From NCBI GenBank assembly GCA_038496445.1, contig JALMLS010000081.1, positions 62,001 through 126,000 on the forward strand: a stretch of DNA of 64,000 nt, given 5' to 3'. The notes under the pieces are model-generated. The model saw only the letters and a program-made list of their open reading frames with translations. It was not told the DNA's origin and did no database searches. This document shows, piece after piece, positions 14,129 to 27,851 of this stretch (position 1 is its first letter; each line of letters begins with the position of its first letter). The position numbers and the translations under genes are program-made. This stretch comes from Trichosphaerium sp. ATCC 40318 (taxonomy: Eukaryota; Protista; Tubulinea).

Positions 14129-14683
14129 ACACATTAAATAAAAAAGTTGTAAAAAGTATTGCATGCGCAATTACACAATCTCGCTCTCCTATTTTCGTAT
14201 TCGGTACATCACTGGGTACATCACTTGGAATTACCAGGCATCAAATTACTGAAGGGTGTTCATGAGGCACTCAATATTTATGCCTTTTTATAGTTATGTT
14301 ATGTTACAGGAGAAGTTGAAACGTTAGAGGGACTCAACTGTATGTTGTAAGCAATTCTTTAAGGTAAATTACAGTTCCGATACATGTCATTTTATGATTT
14401 TTATTTTGAGTTATTCACGTGTTTATGGAGGGCAGGGAATAGCTTTATGTTTCCGTCTTTATAAATGAATAGTTTTATAGGTTCCATCCTATTATTATAT
14501 TAATATTATGTAATTACACGTGTGGTAATAAAATCAAACGTGCAACATGAATGTTTGTTTCAAAAAAATTGTGTTCAAAATACATTGTCTTTTTCTCTCG
14601 CAAAGAATGACTTTTCTACAAACTGTATTTTCATGGAGAGCAAAGAAGTTGAGGTGGTTCAAAATGTATTACTGCAAGTTTTT

Positions 14684-15773
14684 TCAAAATTGGTTGTAGG
14701 CGTACCCAGGGCGATAAACAAAACTCCAAACTACATGTTGGAATACATGTATTTGTTTTTGTTTTTCTTCCTTCTCTTCTACAATACGAGGACGTTTCTT
14801 CCTTTTTGAAGTAAAACTTGATTTTCTACGCCTTGATATGAATCCTTTTGGTTTTACAGCTTTATGACCAGATACAGTTGCGCGTCTTGTTCCTGGTTTC
14901 CTATTAAAAACTCTTGAAATTTCGATTATCTTATTGGTATCATAGACAAGACGTGTCAACTCTTGTTTCTGTGTTACTGACACTGGAACTATATATATCA
15001 TTCTTGCACCATATGAGCAAGGTCTATGCGTTAAAACTAATCGATTACCTTCTATAATACAAGAGGAATGAGCAGAAAGCGTAAAGAGTTTGTACATTTT
15101 TTCTGAGAAAAAGGAAAAAAAAGCGTTTGCGCAGTCACGTGACTTTTGCGAAAAGAATGAACTGATTAATTAATGTCAAATTATAGAGGTGTTCTGTGTA
15201 AAAATGAGTTGGTGTCTTACGTCGTTCAATGTCTCTAACATTTGGATCGTGTTTTCTTATTGTTAGCACCAATGTGGGTTGACTAATAGAAAAATCATAA
15301 AGTGTAACTGCTGCCTTGAATCCAACCATACTAGTAAATCGATACTCGAATTTATGGAACTCTAGGCTATTGTCAAAGACCACACAAAAACCAAAAACCA
15401 AAAACCAAAATTTTTTCTGTTTTTTTTTTTTGGTCAAAAATGAACGGGTTTTAACTTTAAAACTCGTTTAAAACGGGTAAGCGCTGAGAATACGCCTATC
15501 TGGGAGTCAGTGCGTACTGGTGATATAACGTTCTCTCCAAAGCTGCCATTGTTGTTTATTTTTTTTCAGTTCATCTGTATGACTTTGTTTAATGTCTGTA
15601 GGGGATACAAAGCCATTTTGCATGCGTGTGAGGTGTTTCCAAAGAGCTTTATCCCGTGTAATTTGCCATAATACACGAGATGTCGCCAAACAGTTCATTA
15701 AAGCTGTAACATCCCGTACTTTGAATAATATGGCGAAATGAAGTTCATACGGCATGTCAATGAACGAACACAT
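14684..15773 (-). CDS. F-box protein (three exons)
   Basis: FIDMPYELHFAILFKV...LATSRVLWQITRDKALWK F-box. GT-AG introns join ORFs 15507-15896, 15135-15437 and 14684-15097 in frame. Confidence 0.7.
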
Positions 15774-15910
15774 TGTTTTCTTTGCTAAAACGCCTTTGAC
15801 AGGATATGACGCGATTAATACATTATATTGCTGTAATTGCAGGTCGGTACATATTTGCTTAACCTGCCTTAAGCTGTACAACCGTAAAAAGCCCACCAGA
15901 GCGCTCAGCC

Positions 15911-18485
15911 ATGCTTCTGTTGCCTAGAATAGCTAAGTACAGTCGCGTTTCGCGCACAGTTGCTCAGACGTCATCATACAAGTCTCAACGTTCTACAGGC
16001 GTAACTGTTCGTTTGTATGCCCAAGCGCAACTCAGTACGTCATTTTTAACCCTTGTATTTTGTTATTGACACAGTATGAAAGCAAATGGCCTAGAACTAT
16101 TCAGCAAGGTATCAAAACACGCTAGAGATAGCAGAAAAGCAATTTCAGACGATGTTGGAACATACAGCTATACAGACGTTCTTTCTGATTCTAAAGACGT
16201 CTCTAAATTATTGCGAGGTGGAAGGTACGCTCTAGAAAGCTCCAGTATTAAGCACAAAAGTAAAGACAAGTTTTTCCCTTTGTAATTCGAGGCCCAAACA
16301 AACAAAAAAATTGATTCCATTTTTTTCAGCTCGGACTTGAATCAATCACGTGTTGGTATACTCACACCAAATGACTATGATTATGTTCGCTCTATAATGG
16401 GTATTTGGAGAGCTGGTGGTACAGCTGTACCTCTTTGTACGTTTGTCAACAAAGACGTCAACTTTTGGGTTGTGTATCTTGTTGGGTTTTTTTTTTTGCG
16501 TTTCTAAAAGAATTATGAACACGTGCGCTACTCACTAGACAATATGCTTTTTTGTTTGTTTCCTGACTTGCAAATATCTTACCTCTAATTTTTTGTTATA
16601 TTTAGGTCCTTCTCATCCTCCCTCTGAAATGGAGTATTTTCTTACAAATACAAAGTGCTCTCAAATTTTATGTTCAGCTGATCTCGCATCAAATATCAAG
16701 GATGCTTGTCAAAGAGAAAACATTGTATTGCATACAATAGATCCTTCGTCAAGAGGAAAACCCAAAGAATATAGTGAAGATGTTGAGGAAGTTAAGGCAA
16801 GATTTTTAATCACGTGACATTTGTAACCAACCGGTTTTTGTGAGAAACCAAAATTTTGACGAGTTTTTTTTAGACGTTGACAGAGGATAGAAACTCATTG
16901 ATTATTCATACCAGTGGTACTACTGGTAAACCAAAAGGAGTTGTATTAACACACAACAACTTGAAGGCTATGGTAAGACATCTGAAGTAGTTTGTTGTTT
17001 TTTGTTGAACAGTGCCATTTTTAGATTCAATCTTTAGAAGAAGCTTGGGAATGGAACAGTAACGATCATATATTGCATACTCTACCGCTACATCATGTCC
17101 ATGGTCTTGTCAATGTACGTCTGTATTCAAAAGAAATAACAAAGCCGGGTTTAGTGTCCAATAGACTGCTTTGTTCCATCTGGATCACATGTTTAGATTG
17201 ATTTTTTTACAATAGATACTACTTTGTTCGATCTGGGCAGGAGCACATTGCACAATGTTTAAAAAATTCGAACCTGCGTTGATTTGGCAGTTTATCCAAA
17301 AAACAGCTGATATTACATTATATATGGCTGTCCCTACAATTTACAGTGCGTTTTTAACACCCCACGTGATTTTGTTCTTTTTTTTTTGGACTGATTTTAT
17401 TGTTTTTAGCAAAGCTGATTCATGCGTACGATAAAATGTCCTCAGATGAACAAAAACAAGCTCAAGAAGCTTGTAAAAAGCTTAGACTTATGGTATCAGG
17501 ATCTATGGCTCTTCCAGTGACTACATTTGACAGATGGAGAGATATTTCAGGACACAAACTTCTTGAACGCTACGGAATGACAGAAATTGGTAAGCAAAAT
17601 CTACAACTTTTTGAAAGTTGGTGCTAACGAAGCTGGTACTAGGTATGGGTTTCTCTAATCCGCTTCATGGAGACCGCTTACCAGTAAGTAATTGATATAA
17701 GTTGTTGATCATGTTCTCAACCACTATAGGGTCGTGTTGGTAAGCCATTACCAGGTGTTACAGTCAGGATTGTTCAAACTGAAGATGACAATCCGAATAT
17801 TGGAGCGTTGCAGGTTAAAGGTCCTCAGGTTTTCAAAGAATACTTTGGAAATCCTGAAGCTACTGCTAAAGAATTCGATGGTGATTGGTTCAAAACAGGA
17901 GATATTGCAGGTACCATTTTTTTTATTTGAGATTTCTTGAGGGGATACATCTGACATTTTTATTAAAAAAATAGAGTATCGCGAGTCTGATCAGACGTAC
18001 CGGATTGTAGGTCGTGCAAGTGTTGATATTATAAAATCAGGCGGTTATAAAATAAGGTACGGTTAAAGTATACCTTACATTTTCACCACGTGATAACCGG
18101 AAGGTTACAAAAGTAACGCTAAAAAACAACTTTTGCATTTTACGGATTGAAGCTTATTTGGTTTTTAAGCGCACTTGAAATTGAATCTGTCTTATTGACG
18201 CATCCTGATATTGCTGAAGTTGCTATTGTGGGTGTAGAAGATGAAGAATGGGGGCAAACTATTGGTGCATTGATATCAACAAAATCAGTAAGTTGCAAAT
18301 TAAGCACCTTCTTTTTTTGACACGTTTTTGTTTAGGGCAAGGATATGACTCTTGATCAACTTAAAGAATGGTCAAAAGAACGATTAGCAATATACAAAAT
18401 GCCAAGGAAGCTTATAGTAGTTGATTCAATACCAAGGAATGTAATGGGGAAAATGAACAAAAAGCAACTTGTAAAGTTGTTCTGA
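15911..18485 (+). CDS. ACSF3: Mitochondrial acyl-CoA (malonyl-CoA) synthetase, ACSF3-like
   Basis: Arg/Ser-rich presequence, [65 protein letters not shown]. Confidence 0.88.
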
Positions 18486-18755
18486 TCTTGTCAGTAACAA
18501 AAAAACTAAAAAACACACGGCACAGTAGAAGCCACTATATGCACACTCTTCTATGTAAGGATATTCAAAAATGTTGCTCGTGGTAATACCTGAAGTGATA
18601 TAACGCATTGAAGCGTCATTTGGTTGTTTGACCAAGGTGTAGTTGTCGTAGTGAGCGGTGACCAATTTCGATTTTGCAGAAAGCACGACTTAACCTCAAA
18701 GTAAATTGGAAGCTCTGCTTGCCTCACGTCGGTTACCACAGCGTTTTCAAGTATA

Positions 18756-19872
18756 ATGGAGCATGATAATGACATAACAACGTTACCGCCTGAACTGGTT
18801 TATATTATAGCGCATTACCTTCCAATGCGTACGTTATTACGTAGTAGACTCGTATCGTGCTACTGGTGCAGTGTTATCACCAGCATGGAAATATTTAAGG
18901 TAAACAAACGAAACAACAACCTCTTTAGCCTAATTTTGTATGTCAGGACAGTCAATCAACGTTTAACGCTAAAGAAAAAGGTGGTTTTTCAAAAGAAGTT
19001 AATGACCAAGCATTTACAGTTTTGCCAAATGGGACCGTGCGTGTCTTCTGAAAACACGTGATTTATTTTTATTTTTGTGAACAACAAAAAACAGCCCAAG
19101 AGTACTATGTGCTGCGTGTTTATCTAATTGTTTTAGGTTGCTTATAGTTATGACAATGTTAATGCTATTTATGTATACTCATTCAAATCAAAGACAACAA
19201 CAATTGTAGATGTGACGACGCCAGAGTATATCACAACATTAAGTAATAATAAGCTTGCATATATAGCACAGAATGGAGTGTATACAGTGACATTAGATAC
19301 ACATAAAGTAGAGTGTATGTCAAAGGCGGGAGACTTAAAAATACGCTCAATTTGTCGAGATAAATTTGGAAGTATTCTACTCTCCTGTAAATCATCAGTT
19401 ATATGTATACCAACACCTTATATAAAGACTACAGTATGTACTCTACCAGGCGATGAATTCAACCAAATTGTACGTCACAAGCTGAACAACCCATTCAAGT
19501 TCTTTTTTTTTTTCCTTTTTTTCTTCGATTAATTGGATTGTACAGGTTGTTGATCAAGAAACAAACAATATCTATGTCTCTAGTACTGTAGCTTATCACT
19601 GTGGTGGTTGGATTATTAGAATATCGAATGATGGAGATATAAAGAAGCTTGCTTGGATAGATGGGAGTATTGTAAGCATAGTTCTTGATGGCAAGAAAAA
19701 TATATATGTTGCTACAACAGATGACTTGATTAAGCTTTATTATAAAATGAACTATGCGCAACTCAAGCTATATGTTAGTGGTATGCATGAGGATTTTGTT
19801 AAACTTTGTTATCATGAAAGATCTTTGTATATCTTAACAAACAGCACAAAATTGTACAAAATAAACTTGTAG
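18756..19872 (+). CDS. F-box protein with beta-propeller-like C-terminus
   Basis: ITTLPPELVYIIAHYLPMRTLLRSRLVSCYW F-box, followed by beta-rich exons. Confidence 0.75.
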
Positions 19873-20006
19873 CTTCCTTGATAAAAAAAAGAGAGAGACA
19901 GCATAGCTGCAGTATCCTGAACAATACTGATACCCACGACCAAAATAGCTGTTGTATTGGGTAGCATTTTCAAACTATTTCTGTTTCAATCAATGTGGTT
20001 GATTCA

Positions 20007-20239
20007 GGAATTGACCCGGAGTATCAACAACAAATTTTATCGATATTCCTGTTTTTTTCACTGTATTTGTTCATCACTATGAGCATTCAGTACATTGTAA
20101 CAAGCAAAAATATTTAATTAACCTAATAGAAACCATTTTATCAAATATGAGGCATGGAAATTATTTTGGCTATGAGCAATGACGAACTGAAAAGTGAGGT
20201 TATAGACAATCTGTTTTATCCACAATCTGGGTCAGTTCC
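20007..20239. mobile_element. MITE copy 1 (Tourist/PIF-Harbinger-like)
   Basis: TIRs GGAATTGACCCGG / CTGGGTCAGTTCC flanked by a TCA duplication (20004-20006, 20240-20242). Internal sequence aligns with 33106-33328. Confidence 0.8.
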
Positions 20240-20812
20240 TCAGTGATGTTAACAATCTTACACATTGAATCCCATTTGTCAACCGAGTACAGGTACTAAA
20301 TATACAAAGAATGTGCAACAGTCTCGTTTGTTTCACACAACGATATTTAACCATAGACTAAGAGCCGGCTGTAACCACCGCTTTTTTTTCAACCAAACGT
20401 GATTCTTTTTTTTGCATTTTATCTTTCGCTAGACATAAGGATTCTAATGCTATTGTGCATGGGAACTCACTATTTAATAAATACAAAGATAGCACTACGC
20501 TGAAAAATGACAGCAGGTGGATTTAGATAGAACCTCTTAAAAAAGTAAATGATGACCCTCTTTTGTCCATCCAAACAGCTACCAACTCGTTAATGACGCA
20601 TGTATAAGGTCAACAGATAAGGAGTTGACGCTGTTCAATTCTTTTTGGTCTAGAACTGTACTCGTGATCATATTCACGAATAGTACTCCTGTAGAACCAA
20701 GTTTGTGAAGCTGTAACAGCTGTTTCTTATTGCGCCTAATTGGACAGAATTTTCTGGGTTTTTTGTACTTTTTAGCCAAGTCCATTCAAAAGCGGAAGCC
20801 ACAGCAATAGAC

Positions 20813-23412
20813 ATGCAATGCACGTTTGTACTTGGCGTGTGCTTGCTTATTGGGTGTTGTAGAGGTAATTGCTGTGTTTTTAGCAAACTTTAGTTCAACA
20901 CCGTTATTTCAGCGCATTTACGCTTAAGACCGCTTCTATTATCAATTAGATGCTTACTTACTGTTAATTTCAGGGCTTTTTGTTTTAGACTCTTTTACTA
21001 CCAACGATACTGTCCAGGCTATAGCATGGAGGTCTGACGGTACAATGCTACTTGGGTTTGATAAGAGAGTGCTGAATTACGACACAGATGGTAATGGTGG
21101 CTGTTTTTCCGTAAGATTGTAAATTTCTGATCATACTACATTAGGTACCTACCTAGGTGTTGCCGTTCCTGGCACCTACTTAGTAGCAGGACAGCCACAA
21201 GGTATAAAACAGTCTTTTGCCTTTTTTGACAAAAAAAAAACTTAGTGTTATTCAGGTCTCGCTTTTAACCCTTCTGGTACTCACCTCTACGTTGGAGGCG
21301 GACAAGATAAAAATATTGTACGTGTTTTCTTGAACTAGCCGCGGCTTGAAAAATTTGAGCGGAATTCCGACGGAATTATACTCAAGCAGCAGTGCAGTAT
21401 TATTCCAATTCCCAATGAAAAAAAAAACCAAAACTTTTGTTTCCGATATTCCATCTTCTCTTAAAAGGATAGATACCCTTCTATGTATTATTCGTCCGAA
21501 TTATTGTTATTTCTATTCGAGTAATACACATACGATAGTTTGACGTACAAAGGCATGATGAAAAAAAAAACTTTTTTTTTTTGTTTTTTTTCACGGAATA
21601 TCGGCGCTTTTTCTTCCCAGAATAGTGTGATTTGTTTTTTCTAACGTCATGAATTTTAAGCTTATATTTGACGCTACTTCAATGGTGAATGTGGATGGGT
21701 TTTCTCTTAAAAATCCGTCAGTCAGCAGCTCATTTATTCGACAAGTTTCTATTGACTCATCTGGAGAGTTCTTTGTTGCCGCTGTCTTTTCAGGAATTGA
21801 TAAGGGTATCTATGTATTTCAGTTTACTAGTGGAATAGTCCCTGTATTTTATACAAAATCAGTTGCTATTCCAGATAGCTTCTCACCTCAGGTAAACACA
21901 TTTTTTTGTGGAACTTTCTTTCGGACTTTAGTTTTTTTTTTCTCAAGCCAAGACAGACAGAATAATTGTATGTAGTCACTTTACTGATTTGTTTTATAGG
22001 CTGTATCGTTTTTAGGTAACTTAGTTATTGCAGCTTCAAGAACAAATCTTTTTTTATTCACCAATATAAGTACGTTAATAACACATCTCTACAAATGGAC
22101 TTAATAAAAATCGGCCATATTCACTTATTTATTACCAGGTGATCCAGGTGCTACTGCCAATCAATTTGGAGTCACCACTAGTTCCGAACCAATAACAACA
22201 ACTCATCAAGTTACTTACATAGAACCTTACGAAAACAATACATTTCTAGTAGCTGGATTAGCTTCATTATGGATTCTTAGTGATAGACGTAAGCCAAAAT
22301 AATGTGTTGTGATTTTTTAACAGTTTAAACTCTACCTCACGTCTTATACAATTTTTTGTAGCAACTCTGAATGAAAAGCTTCTACCCAGCTTGGTTGATT
22401 GCCAAGCAGTGAGCGTTTCACCTGTAGATGGGGTAATTTGGGTGTCAACAAACCAACTACTGACAAGCTACTCATTCACACCACCTGTACCAACAAGTGC
22501 ACCAACAACATTAAGTCCAACTGCTTCACCAGTACCAACTAACCCGAATCCGCCACCAATTGGACAACAAACAATGGATCCTACTACGATTACACCCACT
22601 GAGTCTAACACATTATCATGTGTTGGTACTCCTCCAGCGATTGAAGGAATAACTTGTTTGACCGATACTTGGGGACTAACATCTTATGTTGTGCCACCTA
22701 TACTAGTATTGCCAATTTCAGCCAGCGTGCCTGGTTTGCCAATCTCAGTGATTGTCCGGGGTGAGTTTGTTGGCTAATTTTTTCTTTTGCTGTTTTTGTA
22801 ACTCTTTTCTAGGAAACTTCACTTGGACAAATAATTCTGTTATTGTTTTGAACGCACCTTATGTGTTGAATGTATCAGACTGTATAGATATTCAAGGTTT
22901 GAACAATTCTCTTTTTTTGTGGTGTTACTGACGGTGTTGTATTTTTAGATTCTGAGTTGATATTAAACTCTACGTTTGAGTCATATGAAGATAGCTTCGT
23001 CTTCATTGAATTCAACAGTACCTGTAATATAACAGAAGGAAACAAAGTCCCTAACGTCACTTTGACTGACACTGATAGCTCAAACTGTGTTTCTGCGACA
23101 GGTGTCTATGGTAATTACAACACGTCATGTCTTCTTTCTAATTGAATTTGTGTTTTAGAGACCAATAGATTAGTTATAATTTTTGACACATTTTGTGATC
23201 AAGGAAGCGGAGAAAATGGAGGGGAATCATCATCACTATTTATTCCTGTAGTTTCTGCAGGTGTTGGTGTTTTCTTAGTTATAATTATAGCTATTATTAT
23301 CGTCATTCTAGTGTATAGACCTGTTTGTTTATTCCCTTATAAGAAAAGTACAAGAAAAAAAATAATACCACGTGGTGTTATTGTTAGTTCTCCGCTAGAA
23401 GAGACCACGTAA
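20813..23412 (+). CDS. Type I membrane/surface protein (signal peptide, beta-propeller-like region, Pro/Thr stalk, TM helix)
   Basis: MQCTFVLGVCLLIGCC signal, GLAFNPSGTHLYVGG and VSIDSSGEFFVA blade-like motifs, PTSAPTTLSPT stalk, C-terminal hydrophobic helix followed by RKVQEK. Confidence 0.7.
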
Positions 23413-23972
23413 TAAATCCGTAAAAAGTTATCGATCGGGCAACTCCCATTCAATAACCACCATATGTCCAAAACCAATTTCAGGACACACAAACATGTTT
23501 TTAAATTTGATCGCCAACGTACATTCGTTGAAAACCATGTTAAGTGCGGAGAATTAAATGTACAAAAATCGTAGTTTATTGTTGTTAGATGAATGTTGAC
23601 ACTATTCATGTATAGATAACATGGCGATTGCCAAAGAGGTACATCGTGAGAGTACCCACAAGAGAAATGTCTGTAATGTTGTAATAATTACAATAGGACG
23701 TAATTAACCTTACTGGCGGCATCACAACAGATGGTGTGTATTTATTGTATAAATTCAAGCCGATTAGAGTTTTTTTTTCAAAAAGCGCACATACCAAAAA
23801 AGATGCCAAAATTTTTCATCAAAAATATCACCTGACGCTAGGCAAATGTTTATTAGAAATGTTCATGCGATTTTTCCTTTTTTTTACCGATAACATTTAA
23901 TTTCTGATCCTAATTACATTTATTTCATCTTCCACGTGATTTTTCACGTGATTTATGTTGATAAACTGTTAG

Positions 23973-26628
23973 ATGGTCGTCAATTATTTGGAATGGATGC
24001 TGAACACTATCAAAAGGTACATAAACGCTTTAAACACGTGCAATAAATACCCTGACATATCGTTTAGATGAAAAAAAAAGAGGTGAGAATCACTGGCATC
24101 TTCAGAAAGAAAAACAAAGAAAAGTTGCGAAATGGAAATAATGAGTTATAGGATCCAACTTTTTATTTACAAGTTGGTCGCTGGATTGAAAAGGTTCTTG
24201 ATAATCCACTTGACGATGTAACAGATTTATGGGGTTCTTTAAAGAGTGGTGTAGTGCTGTGCGAGTAAGTGAGATAGTAACAAACGTGAAACATGCTGAT
24301 GGTTTGTTAAGGTTAGCGAATAAAATCAAACCAAATATTATCAAAAAATTTAACAAAGGAACAAATCTACACCCTCTCAGAGAGAGGGAGAATATTCAAT
24401 TATATCTAGAAGCTTGTTGGAAACTTAGTGTAGATCATCATTGCATGTTTGTAACATCTGACCTTCACACAAAGCGAGAAATGAAACCGGTATCTGACAA
24501 GACTCAAAAAAAAATAAACAAAAAACCCACTAATATGTCGCTACCTAGGTTGCAACAAATATTGCTGCTTTAAGTCGCGTTGCACATTCACTTGGTTTAT
24601 GTAATGTCACCATAGGTCCTCAACAAAGACCACCATCAACGGTACAATGGATATACGACTTGTTTTTTTTCATCTAATATTTTTTGGCTTCTCAGAGCAA
24701 GTGGGAAGTACCAGTTATAGGAAAACCTATTTATTCAGGTCAGCTTGAAGGACAAGACCCCATTGAGCTCGAGCTCAACATAACAAAACAAGAGCTCGTA
24801 GAGGAAAAGAAAAATGTAGAAAAATACAAATATTTATCAGTACGTCCTTTATCCAAACTATTTCTAGATGACAAAAAAACTTGGTTTGTTAACACGTGTT
24901 TCTCTCAGGAATGTCTCCAAGAAGACGTTAAAAAATTAAAGGAAGAATTGCAGTTAACAAACAGGAAAACAGATAGAAATGTTCTTCTTCTGTCAAGAGA
25001 GCTTGAAGCGATGGTTAACATGTCAAAATCCGAGAGTTACGATACAGTAGTACAAGTAAGTACATCTTATTTTTAATCTACACGTGCTTTCGTTATAAAA
25101 TCACACTAACCCACGTGAAATTCAGGCTCTCACTGGAGAAAAGGAGCAAATAATTGAACAATATGAACGGTACGAACAGTGTTGATAATTCAACATCTGC
25201 GTCATTTAGTATTTTGTTGAATATGACTTGACCAAAGGGAGCTTGCTTCTATCCGTGAAGAGAGAGACAAAGCTTTAAAACAATTAGAAGATGAAAGGGA
25301 AAAACGAAAGAGTCTCTCATACAAATTCTCACTTCTGAAGCGCGAAGAGAGCAAGGTACTAACATCAAACAAATTCGGATTCTGAAAAGTTCTCGTTTTT
25401 GATCTAAAATTTAAACCAAAAAAACAGACAAAACGAGAATCTCTTGGCCTCCTCAGAAGAACAAAACCTGTAAAGTCCATGACTTCAAGTAATGGTTCCT
25501 CAAACCCAAGAAGTCTTCGCATGTCATCTAATAGGCGCCTACAGCGTAATAGAAGGTAAACTAAAAGTGAACTTTGAGCTTTTTAGATGAAAACTAACTT
25601 GATCCTAAATGAAGCTTCCTTAACACAACAATGATACCAGATATGTCTCTAGCTGCTTTGGAAGGAATAACAACTGATATTCTTAATTCTATTGTTGTCA
25701 CGAGTACACGTATAGATAACGTGCGTGGTTTATTGAAAACAGATGCAGGAAGGAGGTGTTTAGCTTTTTTGCTTCGTGAACACTTTAAGACTGTTGCTTC
25801 TGTCAAGTTGAGTAATACTTCTTTTGAATCTATGCTTGTCATTTACAAGCTTTCATTGGATGAGATCCATATTTCAAACGGGTACAAACAATATATCATC
25901 ACTGGAAACTCCAAGGAGAAACAACTTCAAAGTTTTTTTAAAGTTTTTAGTTTACCAGTACCCCTAACGTCGCTAACTTTTTTAAGTGCTGACTACATAA
26001 GCGCTAAGCTTTTACGTGAACTATCATTTCGTATATACAGACAGAAACGAAACACAAGCGAGTATTTAAAGGTACAACGTTAATTTAATATTTGGTTTAC
26101 TTGTTGTTTGTCTTTTTCAGTTGTGCTTGCAGTATTTATCCCCTTTTAAATCAAGTTGGCTCATTTATGGTAGGAGCGTATTAAAGGGCATTTTATCTTT
26201 ATGCATCTTGGTTTTTGGGAGGAATACTTTTGTGATGATCTAGCAAAAGCATACTCAAAAGCGTTTGTCCAATATGCTAAACAAACAAAAGCAAGCACAG
26301 ATGAGCACAATGTATTCCTAGCAAGACAACTAGAGAAATTTGGCACGTGTTTGTTTCTTCAAAAATAACTGCAATTTTTTTTTTTTGAAACACGTGTTTT
26401 CTCACGTGATGTTCCACTGATTATTTATGTTTAGTTCTTCAAATGTTTGGATGGGGGAAAATACCTGTTGCAACACTTCATCACTTTGTTTCACAAATGG
26501 CTGATAAGTTTGATTTACCTGATGACTATGTATCTCAAATTGAAGGTATGTTAAGCATCTCAAATTATCTCCTTTTCGCTAAGTATTATACCCAAGACGC
26601 CATCAACCATGAGGCAAAGTCAGACTGA
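23973..26628 (+). CDS. Calponin-homology (CH) domain protein with coiled coil and SBF2-like C-terminus
   Basis: LFGMDAE, SLKSGVVLC-LANKIKP, ERENIQLYLEACWKL and FVTSDL CH motifs; FWEEYF near the C-terminus. Start uncertain. Confidence 0.75.
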
Positions 26629-26844
26629 ACTTTTTATGTTAAATAAACATTGCTTCAATGTATGTGTATATCCTGGTCTTGACAACTCTGAGAAACGTTT
26701 GTATTCTCCAATAATAAGCTATTGCAGACCCCATGTTTCGTTGAACATGTCTTGAATTTATTAACGTTGTAACAGTGAATGTGTTAGTTGACATTTCACA
26801 GAAATCAAGTCAGATCATAAAAGCCAAAAACAGTCAACTCACAA

Positions 26845-27603
26845 ATGAAACGCAAGAGATCAAATAACGAACCTACCAGACGCTCAAAAAGGGTAACACG
26901 ATCTCAGATAAAAGCAAAAGAACCTCCACCGCCTCCTCCAAAACCAGAGATAGAAGATACAGCAGTATTACACTCGTGGTTCCCAACTGTAAACGACTTT
27001 CTTGAATCTAGCTTTAAATCGCCTGACGCTGATCATTTTATACTAATAAGAGACTACGAGTACAATGAGAAGCTTCCAGAGTCATTAAGGGATCAGTTAA
27101 AGATTGTAGAGCTTATTTCAAAAGAAACAAACGAAATAATAGATATAGTTGATGTCTGGTGTATCAAAGTAACAAATGATTCAAAAAGAGATCATATATG
27201 CTGTCACTCTCAACTAAAGCAAGTCTTTTGGCATTTGAACATACCAGAACTACCAGGCAGTTGGCACCACAGACGCAACATTTCTTACTTGATTATATCA
27301 TCTGCTGACAACGATGACAACTCTCAGTCTGACGATGGTGACGATGATGACGATGATGACGATGATGATGGCGATGATGAGAGAAGTGATGAAGAAGAAG
27401 ATGTAAAAAAATGGTGTTACCTTGGTGATACAAATAGAACCGGTGGTGGTTATGAAACAAACCCTGTGCGTCTTATTTCAACTTCATTTCATTTCGAAAA
27501 AATGTACAAGAAGCAGCTTCAGGCATTACAACATAATGGGATTAATAATTTAAAGTGTCGTATCAACCGATACAAAGCCAGTTTATGTGACCCCAGGAAA
27601 TAA
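26845..27603 (+). CDS. Intronless hypothetical protein with basic N-terminus, poly-Pro and Asp tract
   Basis: 252-aa open frame followed by AATAAA. Confidence 0.65.
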   Translation: MKRKRSNNEPTRRSKRVTRSQIKAKEPPPPPPKPEIEDTAVLHSWFPTVNDFLESSFKSPDADHFILIRDYEYNEKLPESLRDQLKIVELISKETNEIIDIVDVWCIKVTNDSKRDHICCHSQLKQVFWHLNIPELPGSWHHRRNISYLIISSADNDDNSQSDDGDDDDDDDDDDGDDERSDEEEDVKKWCYLGDTNRTGGGYETNPVRLISTSFHFEKMYKKQLQALQHNGINNLKCRINRYKASLCDPRK

Positions 27604-27851
27604 TAAAAGTCGTTTTTGCATTCATTAGACAATTGTCAGTAATTCTTATTTATTGCACGTTTGTAAAGTTCCAAATCCCAACTTTAGTTTCAGTTGTCTG
27701 TTGTCTGTTAGCTACAACAAAAGAGTTTTAAATGATACCATAGCACCCACTATTCCATCACAATTCAGTTCCTACACTTTGTTTCCAGTTCCTTTTGAAA
27801 TCACGTGACTATCTATTATTGCAAAATATATTCAGCAGCGCTTCATCACAG

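Noticed and set aside
27329-27380. GAT/GAC trinucleotide run
   Set aside because: Simply encodes an Asp tract inside a CDS.
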